This document shows positions 1 to 9,501 of a DNA stretch of 64,000 nt, one piece after another (position 1 is the first letter of the stretch; every line of letters begins with the position of its first letter). Below the pieces are notes generated by a model, which ran no database searches, was not told where the DNA came from, and saw nothing but the letters and a program-made list of their open reading frames with translations. The translations under genes and the position numbers were made by a program. The stretch is from the NCBI GenBank assembly GCA_022825235.1, contig JAJDYI010000016.1, positions 3,365 through 67,364 of the forward strand, given 5' to 3'. Source of the stretch: Alphaproteobacteria bacterium. GTDB lineage: Bacteria; Pseudomonadota; Alphaproteobacteria; TMED109.

Positions 1-680
1 TATCGGGTCTGCTCCTCGATCTTGAGCGGCTGAATGATCTCCCAGGGAATAAACGCGCCGTCGACGACGCCTTTCTGCAGGGCCGGCGGCAGGTCGGGCA
101 CCGGCATTGCCACCGGGATCGCGCCAAGCGCCGTGATTGACCAGGCCCCGGTGCGGGACGGGATGCGAAGCTTGACGCCGATGAGGTCAGCGGGCCGGCG
201 AACCTCCTGGTCCCGCATGTGGATGCCCATGCCGGCATGTACGTGCAGGAACATGACCTCCAGGCCCTTGTACTCCGGTGCAAGATCGCCCTCAAACATG
301 TCGTAGAGCGCAAGATTCGCGGCGGCGGGATCGTTCCTGAAGACGGTCGGCAACTCGAAGACCTCGGTCCGGGGGAACGCACCCGGCGTATAGCCGTTCA
401 CGGTCCAGACCAGATCCACGACCCCGTCGCGCGCCTGCTGGACCAGTTCGGGCGGGCGACCGCCGAGCGTCATCGCAGGAAAGATCTCGATCTTCACGCG
501 GCCGCCGGAATTCCCCTCCACGGCCCGCGCCCAAGGCTCCAGCATCTGTGTCTGGGCCGGCGCTTTCGCACCAAGGAAATGATGGAGCTTGAACGTGTAA
601 TCCTGCGCCTGGGTGGCCGGGGCCTCGGCCATGGCGATGCCTGCCGCGAGGACCATCTTCCAGAGTGCTCCGAGCTTCAT
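1..680 (-). CDS. TRAP transporter periplasmic solute receptor (DctP family), 3' end cut by the window edge
   Basis: The reverse-strand frame starts at the ATG complement at 678-680 and runs off the window start, so it has no in-window stop and is absent from the ORF track. My translation is MKLGALWKMVLAAGIAMAEAPATQAQDYTFKLHHFLGAKAPAQTQMLEPWARAVEGNSGGRVKIEIFPAMTLGGRPPELVQQARDGVVDLVWTVNGYTPGAFPRTEVFELP... This gives a signal peptide followed by a DctP-like pattern. Confidence 0.8.
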   Translation of the reverse strand, partial: MKLGALWKMVLAAGIAMAEAPATQAQDYTFKLHHFLGAKAPAQTQMLEPWARAVEGNSGGRVKIEIFPAMTLGGRPPELVQQARDGVVDLVWTVNGYTPGAFPRTEVFELPTVFRNDPAAANLALYDMFEGDLAPEYKGLEVMFLHVHAGMGIHMRDQEVRRPADLIGVKLRIPSRTGAWSITALGAIPVAMPVPDLPPALQKGVVDGAFIPWEIIQPLKIEEQTR

Positions 681-1016
681 GGGATCCTCGCGAGGCCTGC
701 GGCTGGGGCAATGATCTTATGAAAAGTTCGGGGGCAGGTGCCGGAGTGCACCAGCTTCGCTGCGCCTGGGCCGGGGGAGTCCGCGGCAGGCTTCAGGCGA
801 AGGCGGTGGCGGACGGTCGGGGCGGCGACAGTCGCCCCGACCACGTGACAGGGCCGATTGCGAATGGCCGCGCGGTGAATCCCGCGACGCACCACCCGGC
901 GAACGCGGCACGCGCCGGCTCGCCGCCGATCTGCGCCGGGCGCCCACTGACCAGCGAACAGAGGGCGGAACATGCGGGCGAACGGCTCATTCCCCGCACC
1001 GTTCCGACTGGTCCGA

Positions 1017-2315
1017 TCAGGGCTCCCGATGGTCGATCACCCGGCTGGCCTTGGCACTGAACCGTCCGAACGTCCCCGGCGGCACGACCTCGAGAACCGG
1101 TTTGAGGCCGAGTCGCTGATGGAGGCTGCCGGCGAGGTCGGGCTGGAGCCCATCGTCGTGATGCTCGTAGCGTACCTTCAGTGTCTCGCTCGTACCACGT
1201 TCCCGGCCGATCTCGATCCTCCATTCCGCGCCGGACCGCAGTCTCGCCACCAGCACGTCCTCGACCGCGCTCGGGTAGACGAGCGCGCCGCGAACCTTGA
1301 TCGCGTCATCGACTCGGCCGATGAGGGCAGTTGCCTGCGGCCAGCCCGACGCATCGCGCTCCCGGGGGAGCGAGACGGCCAAGTCGCGTGTGCGGTACCG
1401 AAGCAGCACCGAGCCTTCGCGATAGGGCGTGCTCAGCGTGATTTCGCCGATTTCGCCGGGCCCGGCCGGCTCGTCCGCGTCGGTACGCAGCAGTTCCACC
1501 ACGAAATAGTCGGTGTTGAAATTGAGCCGCCCGCCGAACGGGTCGCCCGGAGGGGCGAACGCCAGAATGGGCCCGCCGGTTTCGGTCGCCCCGTACAGTT
1601 CCTGCCAGCGGAAGCCGGGACCAAAGGCTTCGCACACACTGCGTTTCAGCGATCCGCTCGAGCCCTCGCCACCGAGAAGTCCCATGCGGAGGCCGAGGCC
1701 GGTGAGGTCATCGCCCGTTTGCGCAGCCGTCTCAGCCAGGAGGCGCATGTAGGACGGCGTGGCCGAGATGAGGGTCACGGGCAGGTCGCGCAGCCACTCC
1801 ATGACCTGAGCGGGTCCCGTCGGACCGCATGCCACGGTGCCGGCGCCGCCGGCATGCGCCAATTCGTCGAGCGACGACGCTCCGATCCAGAGGCCACCGC
1901 CGTGGGTATTGAGCAGTGCATCGGTGGTCCGAATCCCGATGCACGCCGCCACCCGGAGGTACTGATCGCGGACCGCATGCCAGTCACGCTCGGTGAAGCC
2001 CACCAGCAGGCGCGGGCCGGTCGTGCCGGAGGTTGCGCTCACGCGGTACATATCCGACAGCGGGCGTGCGCTCAGGGGCAAACGCCCGAAGCGCCCGAGG
2101 TCCGCCTTGCTGCAGCTGGGAAGCGCATGCAGATCGAGCGAAGCTGTGTTCCGGTGAAGTTCGGCGTAGAAGGGGATTTCCCGTCGGGCGCGCGCGATCG
2201 TCTCCCTGAGCGGTGCCCCGTGCCGGCCCACGTCGCCGATGGCGGGCGCGGCGGCTTCAGGCACGCCCGGGCCCCTCTTCCCGGCTGCGGCGAAGAAACG
2301 CGTCACGGTTGTCAA
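1017..2315 (-). CDS. Phenylacetate-CoA ligase-like adenylate-forming enzyme (PaaK / F390-synthetase family)
   Basis: 432-aa ORF with SATSGTTGP (AMP-binding P-loop), YGATETGG and a C-terminal KVRG motif typical of PaaK-like ligases. The start is uncertain because the ORF overlaps the upstream FAH gene by 59 nt. Confidence 0.75.
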   Translation of the reverse strand: MTTVTRFFAAAGKRGPGVPEAAAPAIGDVGRHGAPLRETIARARREIPFYAELHRNTASLDLHALPSCSKADLGRFGRLPLSARPLSDMYRVSATSGTTGPRLLVGFTERDWHAVRDQYLRVAACIGIRTTDALLNTHGGGLWIGASSLDELAHAGGAGTVACGPTGPAQVMEWLRDLPVTLISATPSYMRLLAETAAQTGDDLTGLGLRMGLLGGEGSSGSLKRSVCEAFGPGFRWQELYGATETGGPILAFAPPGDPFGGRLNFNTDYFVVELLRTDADEPAGPGEIGEITLSTPYREGSVLLRYRTRDLAVSLPRERDASGWPQATALIGRVDDAIKVRGALVYPSAVEDVLVARLRSGAEWRIEIGRERGTSETLKVRYEHHDDGLQPDLAGSLHQRLGLKPVLEVVPPGTFGRFSAKASRVIDHREP

Positions 2316-3195
2316 AGTAGTCCGCGGACTCGACCCCGTATCCCTCGTTCTTCATGCGGTGGTAATCCTTGCCGAGGGCAACCGCCCTCACCGCCTTGCT
2401 GTTCCCGGGTCGATGCCCCACGTCATGGCTCGGGACGGGCCCGTTGACCACGGTATTGACGAGGCGGCCCAGACCGTCGATCTCCACTTCCACCACATCG
2501 CCCGGCGCCATCGGACGTGAATGCCAGGGGGTCCCGGTCAGCACCACGTCACCTGGTAGCAGCGTGAGATGGCGGCTCAGGTCCGCCAGCAGGTAGTCGA
2601 TGCCCCAGACCATTTCGCTTACGGGTGCTTCCTGGACAATCGAGCCGTTGAGGTAGGTGCGAAGCGTCGCGTGCCGCGGGTCCACCCCGCACACGATGCC
2701 CGGCCCGACCGGGCAGAAGCCGTCCATGCCCTTGACCCTCAACATGGAGCCGGCGTCGGTGTCGCGAAAATCATGCGCGCCGACGTCATTGGCCGGCGCG
2801 AAACCGGCGAGATGATCCCACACCTGCTCGCGGGCAGCGTTTTTCAGCGTCCGGCCCACGATCGTTGCGATTTCACCCTCGTAGTTGAGCCAATGGCAGT
2901 CGGCGGGCCGCACGAGATTCCCGCGATGCGCGTTAAGCGCGCTCACAGGCTTCGCGAAGTAGGTCGGGGTTTCGCCCTCGAGATCGCGGCCGAATTCAAC
3001 GGCCCGCGACCGGAAATTCAAGTGCACGCAAAGGATCTTGCTGGGTTCGCACGGCGGCAAATGGACTGCTTCCGCTTCCTCGAGCCGGCGCCCGTCGGGC
3101 AGCACGAGCAGCTCACCGTCGAGCTGACACCACTGCGGCGCGCCGTCGACAAGAATGCGGCGATACTCCCGACGGGGGCCGTCGAGGACACTCAT
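2257..3195 (-). CDS. Fumarylacetoacetate hydrolase (FAH) family hydratase/decarboxylase/isomerase
   Basis: 312-aa ORF with LNYEGEIATIVG...GDVVLTGTPWHSRPMAPGDVVEVEIDGLGRLVNTV, the FAH-fold signature. It carries about 70 aa of C-terminal tail beyond the usual domain end. Confidence 0.8.
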   Translation of the reverse strand: MSVLDGPRREYRRILVDGAPQWCQLDGELLVLPDGRRLEEAEAVHLPPCEPSKILCVHLNFRSRAVEFGRDLEGETPTYFAKPVSALNAHRGNLVRPADCHWLNYEGEIATIVGRTLKNAAREQVWDHLAGFAPANDVGAHDFRDTDAGSMLRVKGMDGFCPVGPGIVCGVDPRHATLRTYLNGSIVQEAPVSEMVWGIDYLLADLSRHLTLLPGDVVLTGTPWHSRPMAPGDVVEVEIDGLGRLVNTVVNGPVPSHDVGHRPGNSKAVRAVALGKDYHRMKNEGYGVESADYFDNRDAFLRRSREEGPGRA

Positions 3196-3344
3196 CGCCC
3201 GGCCCCGGCCGGCTCAAGGGCATCGCTTCCGGTAACGCCTGCGAGCGCCAACGGTGCGGCGTGTAACGACTCAGCCGCTCGGCCGGATACCCGCGTCCAT
3301 CTGTTCAGGGCCATGCTCGCTCCCATCGGTCAACGCCCAGCGCG

Positions 3345-4220
3345 TCAGCGTTCGAGGTCGAAGACCATGTGGACCTGCCCCGTACCGATCGAGTTCTCAT
3401 ACGCCGAATAGCGCTCGCCGGCGGCTCCGCAGGCAGGGCCGCCGATGGCGCCGAGCAGCATCAGGTAGTGGGCGAAGCGTCCCTCCGGCGCAAGGCGACG
3501 ATACTCGGGATAAAAGTCGCATACGGCAGCGTGATCGCCCCGTTCCCAGCACCCGAGCACGTGAAGGTCTGCGGCCCGCGCCTCCGGCGTGATGACGTGG
3601 CTCGGGTCGTAGTCCAGATGGTCGAACAGGCTTTGCAACGGCCAGAACCGGTGCGAGAGCCCGCCGCTGCCCAGCAGGGCGACCCGTCCCGGCGTGCGCT
3701 CGATGGCGGCGGCAATCACCGCCCCGAAGGCGAGATAGTCGTCGAGTTCCGCGGTCTGACACACGCCGACGGAAAGGATTTTCTCGTCGCGTCGCATGTG
3801 GTGGACGAGATTGATGGTGGGATAGTGGTGGGGCAACGTCGGCGTGGTGGCGTTGGTCATCCGGATGCGCCGCTCCCTGGCCACGCTCCGGATCGCTTCG
3901 GCGAGCGCCGGCGCCCCCGGGTAGTCGAAGGGAAGCTCGTGCATGACCCGGGGCAGTTCCTCGGAGGTGTAGACGCCTCGATGGTGACCCGCTCCAGCGA
4001 CGACATGCTCCGTGGTGGTGAACCAGTGGGTATCGAAGATCACCCAGCAATCGACCGCCTTGGCCGCAAAGTGATCCCGAAGACGCCGGTAGCCCGCGAT
4101 CAGAGTGGTGTCCTGGCCGCTGCGGCTCTGCTTCCTTCGAGCCTCCGGCGCCAGCATGACGGTCGGCACGTGGCCCACCACCGCAGCGCTCACGATCTCA
4201 CCCACGCGGCAGCCCCTCAA
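3345..4220 (-). CDS. Class III extradiol ring-cleavage dioxygenase (LigB / HpaD-type)
   Basis: 291-aa ORF with VVGHVPTVM at the N-terminus, WVIFDTHWF, LPHHYPTINLVHH and LLGSGGLSHRFWP, matching the LigB-family pattern. An alternative GTG start lies at 4205. Confidence 0.8.
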   Translation of the reverse strand: MRGCRVGEIVSAAVVGHVPTVMLAPEARRKQSRSGQDTTLIAGYRRLRDHFAAKAVDCWVIFDTHWFTTTEHVVAGAGHHRGVYTSEELPRVMHELPFDYPGAPALAEAIRSVARERRIRMTNATTPTLPHHYPTINLVHHMRRDEKILSVGVCQTAELDDYLAFGAVIAAAIERTPGRVALLGSGGLSHRFWPLQSLFDHLDYDPSHVITPEARAADLHVLGCWERGDHAAVCDFYPEYRRLAPEGRFAHYLMLLGAIGGPACGAAGERYSAYENSIGTGQVHMVFDLER

Positions 4221-4806
4221 AGCTGCGCCTCCGAATCACCGCGTTCTTGACGTCGCAGAAGAAATCGCAGCGCGAGCCCCCGCCCTCGCGACCGACGTCA
4301 GCGATGCCGGCCCCGACGAACTGAGCGGCGAGATCGCGAATGAAGAAGCAGTTGACCCGCACGGCGCCTGCGACCGGGTTGTCCACTGCGCGCTCGACCC
4401 TGGCCTGTTCGCACGCGTACACCATGGCGGCGAGACCGCACCGGGTGGCGTAGGCAGGCGCGAGCGCCGGGGCGGCGTCGAACACGCTCCAGGTCAGCAG
4501 CGGGCCGAACACCGCCTCCTGGAAGATCTCGTGGGTCGGTTTGACGTCGGCCAGCATCGTCGGCTCGCAACACAGTTCGCCGAACGGGTGCGGCCCGCCC
4601 CTGAAGAGGGGCCAGGGCCCGTTCACGGTGACGCGCGCCACGTGGCCGCGGACACGCTCGCGCCGGCGAGATTGTAGCGGCCACGGAACACCGGTCGTGT
4701 GTCCGGACGCCCGCTGACGACCTAGCGGCGGCCGTCGTGCGACGGGACCGTCTGAACCGCCGGTGGACGGGCTCGCGAATTCCGTGTTCGTCGGCGCCCG
4801 GGTCAT
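4198..4806 (-). pseudogene. 3' remnant of an aldehyde dehydrogenase (about the last 150 codons, HpaE-like position)
   Basis: The ORF ends ...CCEPTMLADVKPTHEIFQEAVFGPLLTWSVFD...CGLAAMVYACEQARVERAV..AGAVRVNCFF...GREGG. This is colinear with the ALDH C-terminus (PTvl.dv / EEiFGPV / GLaa.v.t / G.v.vN / GREGG), but key residues have drifted. Only about 160 nt separate it from the stop of the intact ggt gene, so the roughly 350 N-terminal codons cannot be present. Confidence 0.6.
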
Positions 4807-4966
4807 ACCGGAATCGCTCCCAACGGATTCGCTCCGGGTCGTAACGCGCCGCTCCGCGCGGAGGTCGTCAGCACCGGCGTGCGGAGCCCGCGAACGACCT
4901 CGGCGGCGGCGTGTGCCCCCGGGGCCGGCGAAGCCGAGGTCTGGCCACGTCAGGCGGTGGTCCCGC

Positions 4967-6685
4967 TCACCAGCCCATCGCGCGGCTCCAGCGTCGTGGG
5001 TCGGCGGCGCCTTCGATCTCTCCGGTCACGAGGTCCTTGCGCACGGCGCACACTCCGCCCATCCAGTGCGTCCAGTTCGCCAGCCGCTCCACGCGGTGCC
5101 CGCGTGTGGCCAGCCTCTCGCACGTACCGTCGTCGATCCGCCCCTCGGCTGTCAGGAGCCCGGGATGCGCTATGTGGGGGGCGAAGGTGTCGGGGTGGCT
5201 GTGGGTGGCGATGCGGGGCGCTTCGACCGCATCCTGAATCTGCATGCCGAAGGCGAGGTGATTGAGGAGCGTTTGCAGGTTTGCCTGGATCTGGACGTCT
5301 CCGCCCGGGGTGCCGAACGGCATGATCCACCGCCCCGGAGACAGGACGAAGCAGGGGCTCGGGGTGAGACGGGGGCGTTTTCCCGGCGCCAGGCACGACG
5401 GGTGACCGCGAACCGCCCACGACTGGGCCCCCCGCGCCGACACCGCAAATCCCGTCCCAGGGACCACAGGCGTGTCCCAACTCGTGTCAGACGGGGTCGA
5501 ACAGAGACCATTCCCCTCACCGTCGATGACGCAGACGATCGAAGTATCGGGCGGGGGCTGTAACGGCGCTTCGCCCTTGCCGAACGCCGGAACGAACGGT
5601 GCATGGCCCCGGATACTGCCCGGCGGCGGCATCCCGGGGGAAGCCTGGCGGGGATCGATCGCCTTCTGCCGCCCGGCCGCGTACGCCTCGCCGATAAGCG
5701 TATCGAGAGGGACGTCCACGAAGTCCGGGTCGCCGAGATAGCCCTCGCGGTCCGCGAACGTCAGCTTGAGCGCCTCGGCAACCGTATGCAGGTAGGCATC
5801 GGAGCCGTACTCCAAGTCCGCGACGCCGGCCGCCAGCGCGATCGAAAGTGCTTCGAGCAGGAACGGGCCCTGACACCACGCGCCGCAGGTGTGGACCTCG
5901 ATCTCTTCGCCGCGCAACCGGAAACGACGCGAGACGGTGGGGACCACCTGACAACGGAACGCCTCCAGGTCCTCGGCCGCGAGAAGACCGTCGTACGACC
6001 GCTGGTGCGCGAGGATCCGGCTGGCGATGTCGCCGCGGTAGAAGGCCCGGCGGATCGCCTCGAGACCGGCCTGGCGGTCACCGCCGGCCGCGCGTTCCTC
6101 GTCGCAGAGGAACTGAAGGACGCTGCCGAGATCGGCCTGCACCAGCTGGTCGCCGGATGCCGGGACCTCGCCGCCCGGCATCCAGATTGCGACGTTGTCC
6201 GGCCAGTGGCGCATGTCGTCGGCGTACCGGCGTACGTAGTCGAGCATGACCGGATGGCGGGCGAAGCCACCGGAAGCGTAGTGCACGGCGCGCGCCGCGA
6301 CGTCCCGGAACGTCATGGTTCCCCAGCGCTCCAGCGCCTGAAGGCAGGCGTCAGGCGCGGCCGGCACCACGGTGCGGCGCACGCCCAGCGGGATGACGCC
6401 TTCGTGACGCTTGATGAACGCGTCGGGGTCGAGGGCGCGCGGCCAGCCCCCGACCCCGGCGATCGTGACCAATTCGCCGGTCTCGGCGAGGCGGATGATC
6501 ATGGGTGCCACACCGGCCACGCTCACCTGTTCGCTGTAGACCACCTGGAGGGTCAGGATTGCGGCAACGCCCGCGTCGATGGCGTTGCCGCCTTGGTCGA
6601 GCGCCTCGAAGGCGGCCAGAGCCGCGAGCTCGTGCCCGGCGCTGACGACGTGATGATGGCCACGGGTTACGGCCACGACGGACAT
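4967..6685 (-). CDS. ggt: Gamma-glutamyltransferase family protein
   Basis: The track ORF is 4967-6784. I prefer the internal ATG at 6685 (MSVVAVTRGHHHVVSAGHELAALAAFEALDQGGNAIDAGVAA) because GGAGG lies 5 nt upstream. It has PPPDTSIVCVIDGEGN (Thr nucleophile context) and GTPGGDVQIQANLQTLLNHLAFGMQIQDAVEAPR. Confidence 0.85.
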   Translation of the reverse strand: MSVVAVTRGHHHVVSAGHELAALAAFEALDQGGNAIDAGVAAILTLQVVYSEQVSVAGVAPMIIRLAETGELVTIAGVGGWPRALDPDAFIKRHEGVIPLGVRRTVVPAAPDACLQALERWGTMTFRDVAARAVHYASGGFARHPVMLDYVRRYADDMRHWPDNVAIWMPGGEVPASGDQLVQADLGSVLQFLCDEERAAGGDRQAGLEAIRRAFYRGDIASRILAHQRSYDGLLAAEDLEAFRCQVVPTVSRRFRLRGEEIEVHTCGAWCQGPFLLEALSIALAAGVADLEYGSDAYLHTVAEALKLTFADREGYLGDPDFVDVPLDTLIGEAYAAGRQKAIDPRQASPGMPPPGSIRGHAPFVPAFGKGEAPLQPPPDTSIVCVIDGEGNGLCSTPSDTSWDTPVVPGTGFAVSARGAQSWAVRGHPSCLAPGKRPRLTPSPCFVLSPGRWIMPFGTPGGDVQIQANLQTLLNHLAFGMQIQDAVEAPRIATHSHPDTFAPHIAHPGLLTAEGRIDDGTCERLATRGHRVERLANWTHWMGGVCAVRKDLVTGEIEGAADPRRWSRAMGW

Positions 6686-7197
6686 GGCGGCCTCCGGTTG
6701 GAGGTGGGAGATGCGGCGGATCCGCGCAGTGTAGCCGTCACCTGTTGCGGGCCCGAGTGCGGCGGGATGGTCCGGTCGCGGCACTCAGCGCGACGCCGGA
6801 ACCGGGGGTCGGCCTCAATACCGGAGACGCGCATGGTCGCGCCGCCGCACGCCAACCGCCCGGCAGCCGCCATCAGTCGGATCGGTTGGTGCGAGGCCCC
6901 GCTGACCGGTTTTCCGTCTTCCCGCAGGATCCGCGGGACTTCACCAAGGACAGCCAGTCACCCGGGTCAACCCGGAAGGCAGGAAAGCGTTCGCTGTCCA
7001 GCGCACCGAGTCCGGTCCGCCCGTCGATGCAGCAGCCGTCGTCTCTGATCAGGACCGCGTCGGGAACACGTCCGCGACCATCGATGGCTCGGGAATCCGT
7101 TACCTGATCGGGCCAGGCGGACAAGTCCCGGCCTTGGCCGCATTAGCGCCCAGTAGCCTCGCACTGCGCTCCGACCCCTGCCGAAACTGCGAACGGG

Positions 7198-8277
7198 CTA
7201 CCTGAGGAGCCACTGGTGGAATTGCTCGCTGAGGGATTCGCCGAAGTCAGCCCAGAAGGTGCTGCTGGCCTTCAGCCCCCTATCGATATGGGCGCTCGGC
7301 AGATTCTCCAGCACGGCCGGATCGACCATCTCCGCCGCGGATCGCCGGGTCGGTCCATAGGCGACGTCCTGCATGCCGGCCAGCGGTTCGGTGCCCGTGG
7401 CGAATTTCACGAATTCCAGTGCCTGCACCAGGTTCGGCGTACCCTTCACGACCGACCACACGTCGAGGTCGAACACGTTGCCGTTCCAGACGATGACGAA
7501 CGGACGGCCGTACTCTTCGATGGCTCCGTAGATGCGGCCGTTTGCCGACTGCACCATCACAGCCTCGCCGTCGTTCAGGAGTTGTGGCGCCTGCGACCAG
7601 GAGTCGTACCAAACGACATCCTCGCGGATGGTGTCGAGTTTCGCGAACGCGCGCGCCTGTCCCTCGTCCGTCGCCAGCACCTCGTATACCCGCCCGTGCG
7701 GGACGCCGTCGGCCATCAAGGCCCATTCCAGATTGACCTGCGGGCGTCGTCTCAGGGCCCGGGGGCCCGGGTACGCCGCAGTGTCAAAGAAGTCCCCGAT
7801 GGTGCTGGGCGCGCCGCCTCGTATCGTGTCGGTGTTGTAGGCATAGATGATGGCCCAGTAGATCACGCCGACGCCGCACTCGTTGGCGAATGCATCCTCG
7901 AAAAAGTCATCTTGGGCGGGTACACCATCGTTGCCCGGCGGCAGGATGTCGGTCGGGATGACTTCCAGCAGCCCCTCGGAGCAGGCCCGCTCCAGATCGA
8001 TCATCTCGACGTCGACCACGTCCCAGTGAATGTTCCCAGTTTCGACCTGGGCCCTGATTTCGGCGATGCCGCCGGCGTAGTCGTCAAATAGCACGCGGGA
8101 CCCGGTGGCTTCCTCGTAGGGGTGGATCATGTGCTCCTTCTGAGCGGCGCCGTACGCGCCGCCGAACGAAACAACCGTCAAGTCCCGCGCCAACGCCGGC
8201 GCGGCGCCGATCGCAAGCGCCGCCGCGAGGCCGGATAAGACCCTCAATCCTGACACGTTTCTTCCTCCCACTCGCAC
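7198..8277 (-). CDS. ABC transporter periplasmic substrate-binding protein (PotD/PotF-like, family 1)
   Basis: 359-aa ORF with a signal peptide (LSGLAAALAIGAAPALA), then DLTVVSFGGAYGAAQKEHMIHPYEEATGSRVLFDDYAGG and a polyamine-type SBP layout. No cognate permease or ATPase is adjacent. Confidence 0.75.
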   Translation of the reverse strand: MRVGGRNVSGLRVLSGLAAALAIGAAPALARDLTVVSFGGAYGAAQKEHMIHPYEEATGSRVLFDDYAGGIAEIRAQVETGNIHWDVVDVEMIDLERACSEGLLEVIPTDILPPGNDGVPAQDDFFEDAFANECGVGVIYWAIIYAYNTDTIRGGAPSTIGDFFDTAAYPGPRALRRRPQVNLEWALMADGVPHGRVYEVLATDEGQARAFAKLDTIREDVVWYDSWSQAPQLLNDGEAVMVQSANGRIYGAIEEYGRPFVIVWNGNVFDLDVWSVVKGTPNLVQALEFVKFATGTEPLAGMQDVAYGPTRRSAAEMVDPAVLENLPSAHIDRGLKASSTFWADFGESLSEQFHQWLLR

Positions 8278-8754
8278 CCTCCGTTCAGTCTGCGGAAACG
8301 CCGCAGGATATATGGTCGCCGGTCATTGCCTGCGGGAGGCATTGCGATGCGTCACGCGCCCCGGGGGGCTCGCCTGTGCACGCGCAAACGAGGCTGACGT
8401 CAGGGTAGCGGCCGGAAGGATCAGGCAGCCCAGTTCAACCGGCTTTCGCATCTCCAATCCTGAGAAGCAGGTGCGCTGCGAGGCTGACCCGGGGGCCTGG
8501 ACGCGTCGCCCGCTGCCCACCCGAACAAGCACACGGATTCCTGAATGCCCCTAGCCACAGCCACCATTACACCGTCCGATCGGCCACCGTCAGCGAGAGC
8601 TGGCCCGCTGCAGAGTGGCGGGTGTGGCCTCCTCTGCCGCCGGAAGCACCGGGGGCGGGAAGCCTTCAGAGGCCGAAATCCGCGTCCGAATCTGCGGACC
8701 GCGGGGCCACGCCCGACGTCTTCCCCTCGCCAAGCGGACCTGACGCGACACCTC

Positions 8755-9150
8755 TCAGCGGTTGGGCAGCACCGCGACGTCTCGGCACCGCAACAACCGC
8801 TCGTCCGCGGTGACCAGCGTCAGCCCGTGCACCGCAGCGGTGGCAACGATGAACCGATCCGCCGGGTCCTGATGCTCGACATCGACGGTGCGGCTGGCGA
8901 GTGCCACATCAACCGTGAGCGGAGCTTCTGCGATCGGGGCGATCGACATCGCCTTGCGCAGCCACCGGGCGGGATCGGGATCCAGCGCCACCCGACCGCG
9001 CTCGGCAAGGAGCAGCGCCTCCCACACGCTGATTGGTGAGAGCTGGAGTGCATTTTCCTGGGATTGAAGGGCGTGCATTGCCGTGCCGCCTAGTCGGTCC
9101 GGGTCCAGCAGGCTCCACAACCAGATGTGTGTGTCGAGCAGCAATCCCAC
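8755..9150 (-). CDS. vapC: PIN-domain toxin, VapC family
   Basis: 131 aa: LLLDTHIWLWSLLDP...LSPISVWEALL...DPADRFIVATAAVHGLTLVTADERL. The acidic PIN residues are in the canonical order. Confidence 0.85.
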   Translation of the reverse strand: MGLLLDTHIWLWSLLDPDRLGGTAMHALQSQENALQLSPISVWEALLLAERGRVALDPDPARWLRKAMSIAPIAEAPLTVDVALASRTVDVEHQDPADRFIVATAAVHGLTLVTADERLLRCRDVAVLPNR

Positions 9151-9414
9151 CTACTTGAGAGCTTCCCATTCCGCGGGATCCGTGACAGGGGCGACGAGGT
9201 CGTCGCAAATCTCGCCCTGTTCCTTCATCGCGCCGAGCCAGTTCCCCGCCGGACTCGGCGGCGGCAAGATCTGGGCAACCGGTTTGCCGAACCGGGTCAC
9301 GAGCAAGGGCTTGCGGGTCTTTCCCACCCGGTCAAGAACGGCCAGACAGGTGGCCTTGAATTTCGAAATCTGAATCTCTTCCACGGGATCAAACATACCA
9401 TGGTCCGAATCCAT
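9151..9414 (-). CDS. Phd/YefM-type antitoxin
   Basis: 87 aa: IQISKFKATCLAVLDRVGKTRKPLLVTRFGKPVAQILPP. It abuts vapC with no gap. The start could instead be the internal ATG at 9396. Confidence 0.75.
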   Translation of the reverse strand: MDSDHGMFDPVEEIQISKFKATCLAVLDRVGKTRKPLLVTRFGKPVAQILPPPSPAGNWLGAMKEQGEICDDLVAPVTDPAEWEALK

Positions 9415-9501
9415 GGTCTAATTGGCCCGTTCCGATCCAGCGCGGGCGGCGGTCCGCCGGGTCGGACTCTCCCAGCCAGCGTCGTCGAAGTCTGACTGCA
9501 G

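Noticed and set aside
6873-7124. 83-aa reverse-strand ORF in the ggt / binding-protein intergenic region.
   Set aside because: It has no recognisable family, no RBS and only moderate codon bias. It may be a gene remnant, but I cannot support it.
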